This document shows positions 38,967 to 48,941 of a stretch of 64,000 nt of DNA, piece after piece (the stretch's first letter is position 1; each line of letters begins with the position of its first letter). The position numbers and the translations under genes are program-made. The notes below the pieces were generated by a model. That model saw only the letters and a list, made by a program, of their open reading frames with translations. It was not told the origin of the DNA and made no database searches. Origin of the DNA: Candidatus Hydrogenedentota bacterium (GTDB lineage Bacteria > Hydrogenedentota > Hydrogenedentia > Hydrogenedentales > SLHB01); the NCBI GenBank assembly GCA_963745075.1, contig CAVUWV010000036.1, positions 256,001 to 320,000 of the forward strand. Reading direction: 5' to 3'.

Positions 38967-40670
38967 ATGAAGATCCGACAAAACGCGCTCTTGGGGACGG
39001 TCCTTTGTTGCAGTCTCGCCTTGATCCTTGCCGTATCGGCCTCCGCTCAAACCCCCAGCATTTCCGCGATTACCTTCCACCGGCCCACGGACGAGACGCG
39101 CTTCTATTATGCGCGCGTCGAACTCTCGCCTGCGGACTTCGAATACAAGATCAACTCCGTGACGGTCGGGGACAATGAGGAGGTCTTCGTCGCGTACGTG
39201 GACGGGGAATTGACCCAGCGCGAACCGGACGGCCGCGTGGATCGTCCGGCGAACGGCAAGATCCCTAAGGGGGAAAAACCCGCGTTCAACGTGCGGTGTC
39301 CTTGGGTTTCGGGACAGCCCTATACGCTCACGTTTCATGGCGTTCGGCAAGGGGACGCGGAAGCGGCGTTCACCGTGCAGGGCGAAGCGACGGCTCCCGA
39401 CAGCACCGGGTTTCCGTTTCCGCGTTGGAAAGAACATCGCATGCTTGTGCTGCGGGACGACTTCGGCATCGGACGCAAAGACGCCCCGTACGTGTTTTTC
39501 ATCTCCGATGTTGCCGACCGCGTTCAGTCGTGGGCCAAGGAACTCCGCGTAGCATCCTATGACTTGAGCACGGGCGAAACCCATGAGATTCCGAGCCAGG
39601 TGCTCTACGAAAAGCGTCGGTTCGATACGCCCAAACAAGAGGCGGCCTACACCACGTGCCAGTCCGCGATCCTCGTCGACGTGCCGGCAAATGGGAAATC
39701 CTATTACGTCGTCGCCTACGGCAATCCCGATGCGGAAGCGGCGAGCTACGAATCGGATCTGAAAGTCACGCAGCGCGACGACGGGGCCACGTGGATCGAA
39801 AACGAATACTACGAAGCCCAACTCGATCCGAAGAACCAGAGCATCAACGGGTTCCGATCGAAAACGTACGGCGTGGGGGATAAACGTACCTTCGGTTTTC
39901 CTGAGAAGCCGGGTTACACGCTCCATTACAACCCCGACGTGTGGGTCAAGAACCGGCCCTGGACCCATACCAAAGGTTGGAACCCACCGCCGAAGCGCGT
40001 GATGGAGCAGGGTCCCGTGGCGGTCATGTGGCGGCGTTGGGGGCATCTCCCCGAAGCCACGGAAGTCGACGTCAACGTGACCTACCACTTCTTCGCGAAG
40101 ACGCCCTACGTGTTGGTCGAGTCGACGATCGATATTCTCCAGGATCTCGTCGTGAACGCGCTGCGCAATGAAGAAATTGTCTTTATGCCATCCACGGAAG
40201 TGGACCATGCGGGGTGGCGGCGCTTGAACGGCGAGATCGCGTATCAACCTGTCGAACAGGGTAAAGGCCTCACCCCGGGCATCGTCAACATCATCGCGGC
40301 CCAAGCGCCCTATGTGTGTCTTGTGCGCGAGGAGAACCAACTCGGCCTGGCGAGCATCCGCTTGAAACAGCACGCGGGCACGCGTGGCGCCTGGCCCCCC
40401 GTACTCGCCGCCACGGCAACGATTGTCGCGGACTACGGTTGGAACTTCCGCTACTGGAGCCGGTCCCTCGTGTATCCCTGGGGCGACTACGTGCCGGACA
40501 CGCCGGCCATCCTAAACGCGAACACCTACTACGGCGAGAAGAGCGCGTTTTGCGTCTTCCCCCTGGGCCAAGGCGATTCGCCCGAGGCGCGGCTCGGTTA
40601 CCTTGAAACATTGTATAACGAGCTGTCGCATCCCATCAGCGTAGACCATCAGGGTGCGGGTCCATGGTGA
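38967..40670 (+). CDS. Secreted hypothetical protein
   Basis: GAGGTG RBS; signal peptide ending ASA; 567 aa. Confidence 0.8.
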   Translation: MKIRQNALLGTVLCCSLALILAVSASAQTPSISAITFHRPTDETRFYYARVELSPADFEYKINSVTVGDNEEVFVAYVDGELTQREPDGRVDRPANGKIPKGEKPAFNVRCPWVSGQPYTLTFHGVRQGDAEAAFTVQGEATAPDSTGFPFPRWKEHRMLVLRDDFGIGRKDAPYVFFISDVADRVQSWAKELRVASYDLSTGETHEIPSQVLYEKRRFDTPKQEAAYTTCQSAILVDVPANGKSYYVVAYGNPDAEAASYESDLKVTQRDDGATWIENEYYEAQLDPKNQSINGFRSKTYGVGDKRTFGFPEKPGYTLHYNPDVWVKNRPWTHTKGWNPPPKRVMEQGPVAVMWRRWGHLPEATEVDVNVTYHFFAKTPYVLVESTIDILQDLVVNALRNEEIVFMPSTEVDHAGWRRLNGEIAYQPVEQGKGLTPGIVNIIAAQAPYVCLVREENQLGLASIRLKQHAGTRGAWPPVLAATATIVADYGWNFRYWSRSLVYPWGDYVPDTPAILNANTYYGEKSAFCVFPLGQGDSPEARLGYLETLYNELSHPISVDHQGAGPW

Positions 40671-40742
40671 GTTGTTGCGGTGCAAAGGGACAATACCTCC
40701 CGACAAATCGCGCATTGGCAAAACAGCATTAGAGAGGCCGCG

Positions 40743-42788
40743 ATGTTCTACTGCGTACTTGGATTCGCCCTTGTTACGGCTGCGGCCAGCCCCGACGCGC
40801 CCGCTGACTTCCCTTATCAGGCCTTCATCGACGGCACGAGCAACGCGCAGCCGCGCGAAGGCGCGGAGTATGCCGAGACGCTTGTCGCGCGAGGCGGTGA
40901 AGACGACATCGCGCGGGCCGTGCGCGTGCTGGACGCAGTTATTGCATGCCAGGAACAACGCGAGGGCGCGCGACACGAAGGGAATTTCGTGTGGTCCCAA
41001 CAGGACCAGGCCATTCGCGATCTCAACGCAGTCGAATTCGTCATGCGGCACATGATCCCCATGATGATCGACCACGGTGACCGCCTGCCGGAGGAAGCGC
41101 GCGACCGCGTCTTGCGATGCATCCAGCTCGCCGTCGACGAAATCCGCCGCATGGACGTTGCGGTAACGTACACCAACGTCGCGACCATGGACTGTCTAAA
41201 TTCGTGCCTGGGCGGCGAAGTATTAAACGATCCCGAAATCGCGCAACGCGGCTACGCCAAGCTCAAGGCGTTGGCGGACCTGACCTCCGCGAACGGGACG
41301 GTCTACGAGTTCTACAGCCCCGGCTACACAAAGGTAACCCTCGATGCGCTGCACCGGCTTGCCACGCGGGTCCGAGATGAGGCCACCGCCGTCCGCGCCC
41401 GTACAATGGCGGCGCGCCTCGCGTTGACCACGGCGCTGCACGTACAACGCACGACGGGATTGCTGACCGGTCCGTTCAGCCGCGCCTATTACAACCAACT
41501 CATCGGCACCGATGAACCCGAAACGCAGTATCTACGCGACGCGATAGAGGACGGGACCGTCCCCAAATGGATTGGCCGCATTCTCGATCGTGACGTGCCG
41601 CTGCCAATGCAAATCCGCGAGTCCAGCGTCGCGAATTGGGAGATGACCGCCACGAGTTACATGGCCCCCAATTTTTCGCTGGGCGTCGCCACGCGCGAAA
41701 TCAGCAGCCAGACCAGCGGCATGGTGATCCGGTACCCGATCCCGGGTTCCGCCCAACCCGGCACGGTGTTCTCCCGCTATCTTCTCAACGACGTCGACTT
41801 CGAACCCTCCAACGGCCCCAAGGACGACAACCCCGTCACGCGGCTGCGCAACGCCGGCAAATTCTGGGGCGTGCAATCGGGCCCGCGGGCGCTCTACCTG
41901 TGCGCGCCGCGCACGCTCGCGCATCCCCTCAGCTTCGCTCCGTGCAGCCGCGACGTGTGGCACAGTGCGAAAGAGGCTCTTATCTGGTCGCGGGCGGACA
42001 CGGTGGACGGCATCTGGGCGGGTAATCGCAAGATCGAGTCGTTGCCCGCTGATGTGAACCCCGGCGAAGCCGTTGTCGTCGCGAGTGGACCCATCTACGT
42101 GGGCGTTCTTCCACTCACGCGAACCGATCTCGGGTACGGCGCGCCGCTGCGTATCATGGAGTCGGAGGGTGAACTCGCGTTTCAGATGTACAACTACCTC
42201 GGCGGCGACAAGATTCACAACGATCTCGAACGCATGAGCCGGTTCTATCGCGGACAGCCCCAGTGCGGGTACTACCTCGAAGTCGCTGCGCGCTCGGAGT
42301 ATCCCGACGGCGCCGCTTTCGCCGCGACGATTGGCAGTGGCGATCTCACCGACGAGGCCGCCCCGGATTTCACGGTCTATCAGGAAGAGGCGGATCGGCC
42401 GTGGCAAGTCGAGTACCGTCGCGACGGGCACACGTTGGGCATCGAAATCGATCTGATGGACTGGACCCTGACGCGCCGGTGGACCGAGAACGGGGACTTG
42501 GGCTTCCCCATGTTGGACTCGCCCATCGTCCGGCAAAGCGATTCGGGCAGAGTGGAAGTCGCAGACGCGGTGTTGGAATGTCCTCCCGCTCCGGCATGGC
42601 TCTATGCGGATCCCGACCACGATTTCTACGTCGCGGGTTACAACGGCGACTCGGGCGCGATTGTGCTGACGCTTCCAAAGAACCGCGTGGAAATCGACCA
42701 TATGGGCACCGGGACCGTCGTGTATGATTCCGGCAAAGTGCGCGTCGATGCGCTCGGCAAGCCCGCTGCGCGCGTGTTTGAGAGGTAG
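40743..42788 (+). CDS. Secreted hypothetical protein (helical N-terminal, beta-rich C-terminal)
   Basis: AGAGG RBS; MFYCVLGFALVTAAAS; YTN, EFYSPGY, GPFSRAY motifs. Confidence 0.7.
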   Translation: MFYCVLGFALVTAAASPDAPADFPYQAFIDGTSNAQPREGAEYAETLVARGGEDDIARAVRVLDAVIACQEQREGARHEGNFVWSQQDQAIRDLNAVEFVMRHMIPMMIDHGDRLPEEARDRVLRCIQLAVDEIRRMDVAVTYTNVATMDCLNSCLGGEVLNDPEIAQRGYAKLKALADLTSANGTVYEFYSPGYTKVTLDALHRLATRVRDEATAVRARTMAARLALTTALHVQRTTGLLTGPFSRAYYNQLIGTDEPETQYLRDAIEDGTVPKWIGRILDRDVPLPMQIRESSVANWEMTATSYMAPNFSLGVATREISSQTSGMVIRYPIPGSAQPGTVFSRYLLNDVDFEPSNGPKDDNPVTRLRNAGKFWGVQSGPRALYLCAPRTLAHPLSFAPCSRDVWHSAKEALIWSRADTVDGIWAGNRKIESLPADVNPGEAVVVASGPIYVGVLPLTRTDLGYGAPLRIMESEGELAFQMYNYLGGDKIHNDLERMSRFYRGQPQCGYYLEVAARSEYPDGAAFAATIGSGDLTDEAAPDFTVYQEEADRPWQVEYRRDGHTLGIEIDLMDWTLTRRWTENGDLGFPMLDSPIVRQSDSGRVEVADAVLECPPAPAWLYADPDHDFYVAGYNGDSGAIVLTLPKNRVEIDHMGTGTVVYDSGKVRVDALGKPAARVFER

Positions 42789-42908
42789 CAATCCAGTCTA
42801 ACCAATATCTCGCAGGAAACCTGGTACACTGTGTCGCAAGCAGACCATAAAGATACGCCTTCAGCTTGGCTAGGTGTTCGGTCCGCGTTGAGATCGTGAA
42901 ATAATGTT

Positions 42909-43078
42909 AAGAACATCCCCCTTGATCCCCCTTCAAAGGGGGAATTGCTCGCAACGCTTCGCGTTGCGTTACGGACTGGGATACTGGCGATCTTGTGTCA
43001 ACGCAAGCGGCCACACCGCTACGACGACCTGAGTTGGCACCATTCCCCCTTTGAAGGGGGATCAAGGGGGATGTTCTT
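42909..43078. repeat. REP family A inverted pair, copy 3
   Basis: Arms 42909-42945 and 43042-43078 are reverse complements. Confidence 0.95.
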
Positions 43079-43214
43079 CTCTACCCGTCGATATCGGCGG
43101 TAGATTGACCATGACCGAACACTTCGGTTACTGCGAGACGTTGCGAGTCTTCCCCATTCGCGGCGCAGTGGCTGAACGTTAAGTTAACTTGATTGGACCA
43201 ACAGGAGATAACCC

Positions 43215-44523
43215 ATGCGACGACTGATCCCATTTGCAGCGCTGGCGCCGTTGGCGGTGCTTCTATTCTGCATTTTGATTCCCGCTCGTGCCGACAGCGT
43301 TCTGGAAGAGGGCAACGGCAAACAGTGGTACAAAGGCGTGACGCACTTCCACACCCTCTGGAGCGATGGGGACTGCGCACCGGAAACGGCGGTCACATGG
43401 TACCAATCCCACGGGTACGACTTCATTTGCATCAGCGATCACAACATCTTGCAGACCGGCGAAAATTGGATCCCCATCGACGACGCCAAGGACAAACGCT
43501 TGCCCAGGGAAAAAGTCGACGCGCTTCGCAAGGAATTCGGCGACGACTGGGTTGTTGTCGAGGGGCGGGACGGCAAACCCATGATGCGGTTGAAAACGTT
43601 GTCGGAGTTGTGCGACCGGTTTCAGCAACCCGGCAAGTTTCTGATCGTCCCGGGCGAAGAAGTGACCGCGCAAAAGGCCGTGCATATCAACGCCGTCAAC
43701 ACGCGGGCCGTGATTCCACCGCAAGGCGGCGACACGGTCACGGAGACGTTGCAACACAATCTCGACGCCATCGAAGCGCACGGCCACGAACACAACGTGC
43801 CGATTCTGGCGCATATCAACCATCCCAACTTCAGCTCGACGATCACCGCGGAGGAAATCGTCGAGGTCGGCGGCGAACGCGTCTTCGAGATCTACAACGG
43901 CCACGGCAGTGTCCGGAACTGGGGCGACCCGTCGAAACACATTGCATCCACGGATCGTATCTGGGACATCGTGCTGTCCCTGCGGCTGGGTCGCGACGGC
44001 GACACCACCAAAGCCCCTGTACGGCGTGGCCACGGACGACGCCCACAGTTGGTTCTACGAGGGGCCGGGCCAGTCCATCCCCGGGCGCGGCTGGATCATG
44101 GTGTTGGCCGACGACCTGTCGGCGGACTCGTTGATCGAGGCGGTGAAACAAGGATCCTCGTACTCGACATCGGGCGTCACACTTAACGCGATTCGCGCGG
44201 CGAACGGCCAGTTCACCATCGACATCATGCCTGAACCGGGGGTCACGTATACGACGCAGTTCATCGGAACGCGAAAAGGTGCGGACCTGCACGGTGAACC
44301 CGTGAAAGATGAAAACGGAAACGTGATTCGCGCGACGCACATCTACAGCGACGAAATCGGCGAGGTGTTGCTCGAGACGACCAAGACGCCCGCGGTCTAC
44401 ACCCTCACCGGGGAGGAGATGTACGTGCGCGCCAAGATCGTCTCGTCGAAACTGAAGAACAACCCGTTCCGGAAAGGCGACTACGAAACCGCCTGGACCC
44501 AACCGGTGGTCATGGCCGAGTAG
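43215..44523 (+). CDS. Secreted PHP-domain metallohydrolase, frameshift at ~44010
   Basis: HFHTLWSDG, SDHN, PGEE, NHP, EIYNG, then ATDDAH in adjacent frame. Confidence 0.85.
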
Positions 44524-44535
44524 GCCAAGACGGTG

Positions 44536-44723
44536 ACCGCAGATTGCGCAGATGTCCGCAGATAGTACGAAGATGGATTCCCGCGTGCGCGGGAATGACG
44601 TGTATGGTGCTACGGCGACGACGACATGCAGAGACGTGTTTCCCCCTGTGCCGAAGGATGTCTATGAGCAAAATCGATCCGAATACGCCTTCTCCCATCT
44701 GCGCCCATCTGCGTAATCTGCGG
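44536..44723. repeat. Nested repeat: CGCAGAT trimer inverted pair enclosing a CGTC-type REP (44569-44600)
   Basis: 44536-44563 vs 44697-44723 inverted; inner ATTCCC-N8-GGGAATGACG, homologous to 25187-25218. Confidence 0.85.
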
Positions 44724-44737
44724 ACGAGTTGCTCCCG

Positions 44738-45214
44738 ATGATTCGCCGCGTCCGGGAAGGCGACTACGCGCGTCTTGTGGAAGTTTACACCCAAGCCGTG
44801 CGCGTGACTGCGACGGAATTGTACTCGCCCGAACAGATCGCGGCGTGGTCATCGTTCCCACTGAAGGAAGCCAAATTCCGGGAGTTTATCTTCGGCCCGG
44901 AGACCTACATCGTCGAGAACGACGGACTACCCGTTGTCTTCTGCGGCCTCCGCGACGACGGTCACATCGCCTCCCTGTACGTTCACCCCGACCACAATCG
45001 AGAGGGCCACGGGTCCCGCCTTCTACGTCACGTCCTCGACGCGGGGGAACGCAAAGGCATCCGCCGCTTCTATACCGAGGCCAGCTTTCTTTCGAAGGCC
45101 GTCTTCGAACGTCACGGGTTCACCGTCGACAACATCGAAGAAGTCGACTACGACGGCGTCGTGTTCAAGCGATTCAAGATGAGCCGGTCAATCGCTAAAG
45201 ATACGTCAAGATAA
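44738..45214 (+). CDS. GNAT acetyltransferase (YafP-like)
   Basis: YSPEQI.AW, LYVHPD..R.G.G..L, EAS......FE..GF. Confidence 0.88.
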   Translation: MIRRVREGDYARLVEVYTQAVRVTATELYSPEQIAAWSSFPLKEAKFREFIFGPETYIVENDGLPVVFCGLRDDGHIASLYVHPDHNREGHGSRLLRHVLDAGERKGIRRFYTEASFLSKAVFERHGFTVDNIEEVDYDGVVFKRFKMSRSIAKDTSR

Positions 45215-48200
45215 TGGGAAACTCAGTGTGCCCGAATGTCAAGCATCGCCGTCCGGCGAAGATTCGACAGCTTTCGCCGCATCGAAGGCTTCCGTTCCTT
45301 CCGTCACGACGGGCAAACACCAAGTAGCACTGCGAGCGGGATTTAGGAAACGTGATTGCCGTCCACTGGCCGAACGTCACGGGATATTTCATAAAAGCTG
45401 TGCCTTGCCCGTTCGCTTCCCTCGAGTTCTTGACTTGCCAGAGCACTTCGAGCAACGGACCGGACGAACCCCGCTCAAGACCCGGCAGTATTACCACGGA
45501 CTCATTCTTGAGAGCGCCCTGTTCCTTATTCGGTTGTGGTATTGACGTGTCGATTTCCGGAAGATCCGGTTTGAACACCTCGCGCCGAAAATCGGGCGCG
45601 TGTCCAAGATATCCACGCAAGTCGAAACCAGGAAGCGTAATCCCACCGGGTGTGATCAGCGCATACTTCGCCGCTGACCCATACGTCATGCGCGTAAGGC
45701 GGCTCCCCAGATCGTCTGCGTCTACATCGCGCAATGCATTATGAGGACTGACAATCGAGTCGGGAACGACGAAGACGCGCGGTTCGCCGAAGAGTACCTC
45801 TACCCCCGGTGCTAATTCGGACCAGTCCTGGGTGACCCGCTCCATCTCCCGCCGTGGAAGTTCGTACGACTGGAATTCTACCGAGAATAGATCCCACGTC
45901 GTGTTGAGAACTTCCGTAACTGTCGTGGCTTGCGGAACTCCCGCATTCGCGCTGGATGTCTTCTGCGTCGCCGCATTGAGCAGGAGTTTCTCTAAATCGT
46001 CGAGATGAGACGGTGCGCTGGTTATGACGAGAGCGGATTTCTTTTCGTCCACGGCAACGCGCGATATCGCCTTGCCGGTATCAGGCTCCGCGACGCGCAC
46101 CATGCGCCAGATCGTCGCGAGGAAGGCCTCGCGCGAAGCGGCGTCCCCATTCAGACCGGGGATCCGATCCAGAGGATAGGTGCGCGTCTCGAGTTCTTCA
46201 AAGGATTCCGTCGCGATACGATCGGGTGTGCTGATCCAGATGAAGCCCGGTTGAACGGCAAAGGTCAGGCCCAACGGTTCGAGGATTTCGCGGAGCACGT
46301 TGAGAAGCGGTTTGTCGTTGAACTTCCCGGGCTGTACCATCCACGCGGTCGGGTCCGAGTTGGTTCCGTTGTCGGGACTGACGGCCCTCCGGTCGATTAC
46401 GATGTTAACGTCGCCCGAGTCAACCAGTTTCGCGACCGCCTCCATGAGCGTCGTTCCTTTGCGGAAGGAGATGGACACCCTCACGTTATCGAGCTTCGAC
46501 CGTGTTTCCGCGTCCGATGGGGGGTTCTCGGAGTGTAAGCGATCCGGCGTCGAGACGTAGATCGTGTCGCCGCGGACCTCGTACACGAGGCCGAGCGGGC
46601 GGAGCATCGCCTTGAGCGCATCCTTCAACGGGACGTGCTCCAGCTTCACATACGGCACCACGCCATCCGTTACGTACGTCGCATCTTGCCTGTTGGCGCT
46701 TCCCTTCGGAGCAACCGCCTTGTTGTCGATCTCGATGGGTACTCCGGCATAAGACGCTATGAACGCTGCGATGGCGGCGATGTGCTCGCCCTCAAACTCG
46801 ATGGAAACCGGCGCTTCCAGCTTTTGCAGAACCTCAGGATTCGGGGGCGGGGGAGCAGCTTGCGCGTCGGGAGACTCTTCCGCGCTAGGAGCGCCGTTCT
46901 CGGTCCGAACCAAAACGTTGGGATCGGGTTGTTCTTTGTTATCCCCTGGGGGCGAGTCGTCGGCGCGGTCAATTACTTCGTCGCGCGACGTAGTGTCTTC
47001 ATCGACGACATTCTGATTACTGACGTCCATCGAGACCACATCGGGATCGACCGAGGCCGTAGTCCCGTCTTGGACGTTGGGATCAAGCTGTTCTTCCGGC
47101 GATGGTTCCGCGTCAACATTCGCCGCAACCGGTTCAATGCGGATTTGATCCTCGGTGATTGTGCCGCGAATATCGTAGGGTGGCCCGAAAGAGTCCTCGG
47201 CATCATCCGCAGCGACCGGGCGAATCGTATTCGCAGGCAATGTGGCGGACTCGTCTTCCGCCACGACGTCCGGCGCTGCCGGTTCTTCCGGAGCCTTCTC
47301 CGTCGATGCACTCGTCAGCGCCACGGCGCTCAACACCGCGATCAACGCGACAGCCAGGATCGACCATCGGTACGAACCCGGCTTGAACCCCGCGATGCCG
47401 CGGATGCGTTTTTTCAGGTGCGAGCGGCGTTCGAGCACGCCGACGAGGCCGGGCAAGGGACGCGGCCGCGCGACGTGTTCGAGCAGGCGCAGGAGCGTGC
47501 GGCCATAGGAAGTAGGTCTCGTCCGGGGCGATGTAGCTCATGGCGAGCGCGTCGCAGGCGAGTTCGCGGTCGGCCCGCATGCGATGGAAGGCGTACCACA
47601 GCGCCGGGTTGAACCAGTGCACGATGTTGCACGCAACCATCAGCCAGTTCACGAGCAAGTCGCCGCGCCGGTAGTGGGCGAGTTCGTGGAGGAACACGTG
47701 ACGCAATTCTACGGTGGAAAGGTCGCGTTCCATGGATTCGGGCAGCAGCAGCCGCGGACGGATCAACCCCAGCAAGGCCGGCGTGGCCACGTGCCGCGTC
47801 CGCACCAGCCGCACCGGCGTGCGAACGCCCATGACCCGCCGGCAATCCGCGAATTCGGCTGCCGCAGGACCGTCGTCGATTGCCGGTTCCCGGCGCACGC
47901 GCCACCACAACGAACCATTTGCCACGCAGACGTAAAGCAGCAAGGCCCCAGCAACGCCCAGCCATATCAGGCGCAGCCAGTCCGTCCACGTGAGGGGCGG
48001 GAGGGATGGCGGAGACGCCGACTCTTCAGCGTCGATGAACAGCGGGGAGACCGTTCCCGGATCCAGCGGCATGACTTCAAAGGACGGGGTCACAGTCAGC
48101 AGTTGCATGGGTGCTGCCTGCTCCGTGCGAACAAAGTTAAACACGCTGGTCGGACTCTCCGGCGTCCAGGGCAGGAACAGCCTCACCAGCACGAGCAGCC

Positions 48201-48345
48201 ACAACGCGTACTGCCAGCGCGGCGCCAGCCGTTTGCGCAAGAGTCGCTGCAGGACCAGGATGAAAGCAACCAGCACCGTCGCCTGCAAGGTCGTTTGAAT
48301 GACGCCGTCAAAAGCGGTCGCAAGCCCGTCCAGAAACGCGGCCAT
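45195..48345 (-). CDS. BlaR1/M56 sensor-peptidase with secretin-N-like periplasmic domains, frameshift at ~47512
   Basis: HELAH, HWFNP, RELACD, YGRTLL, LKKRI; two STN-like repeats (VPLKDALKAMLRPLGLVY / KPLLNVLREILEPLGLTF). Confidence 0.85.
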
Positions 48346-48347
48346 GA

Positions 48348-48722
48348 CTAGTCCCTCCGCTCGTCGAGTATGGACCTCAGCTCCGCGATTTCTTTGGCGC
48401 TCAACTTCTCTTCTTCGAGGAAATGGGCCAGCATGGGGGTCAACGCGCCACCGAACACGCGCTTGAGAAAGGTACGGCTTGCCGCGCGCACGCACGCGCT
48501 CTCGCTCACCGCCGGCCGGTAGTGGTAGACGCGCCCCTGTTGCGTGAATTTTAATGCGCCCTTCTTCACGAGACGGTTCAGCAGCGTTTTGATGGTGCGC
48601 GGACTCCACGTCGTCGACTCCGCCAGCGCCGCGCATACCTCGTTCGCCGTCTGCGGCGCCTCGGCCCACAACACGCGCATGACTTCCCACTCCGCCTCGG
48701 AAATCTGGGGAACCTTGGCCAT
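48348..48722 (-). CDS. BlaI/MecI/CopY-family repressor
   Basis: ISEAEWEVMRVLW, WSPRTIKTLLNRLVKKG. Confidence 0.95.
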   Translation of the reverse strand: MAKVPQISEAEWEVMRVLWAEAPQTANEVCAALAESTTWSPRTIKTLLNRLVKKGALKFTQQGRVYHYRPAVSESACVRAASRTFLKRVFGGALTPMLAHFLEEEKLSAKEIAELRSILDERRD

Positions 48723-48737
48723 GACCGCCCTCCCTTG

Positions 48738-48784
48738 ATTACAAGTGTAATTCAAAGAATATTACATTTGTAATCAAAAGTCAA
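48738..48784 (-). promoter_or_regulatory. Promoter with two BlaI-type operators
   Basis: ATTACA-N2-TGTAAT at 48738-48751 and 48761-48774; TTGACT-N17-TATTCT on minus strand. Confidence 0.9.
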
Positions 48785-48861
48785 GGGGGGGGATTTGCTG
48801 GAGGGCTTGTTTCGCACTTTCAGCGCTTATGCCGGGAGCAAACTAGCCAATGCGTGGCCGG

Positions 48862-48941
48862 TTTTTTTTTTTATACTTACTTGGACCGAGTTTGGTCTTC
48901 TTTTCTTTTTCCCTCCAAAAAAAAAAAAAAAAAAAAAAAAA
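48862..48941. other. Low-complexity junction between high-GC and AT-rich sequence
   Basis: T11 at 48862-48872, pyrimidine tract, A25 at 48917-48941; abrupt composition change. Confidence 0.9.

Noticed and set aside
45195..48722. Beta-lactam resistance locus
   Set aside because: No penicillin-binding sensor domain and no beta-lactamase seen
48862..48941. Retroelement poly-A tail
   Set aside because: No reverse transcriptase and no target-site duplication; an artefact is simpler
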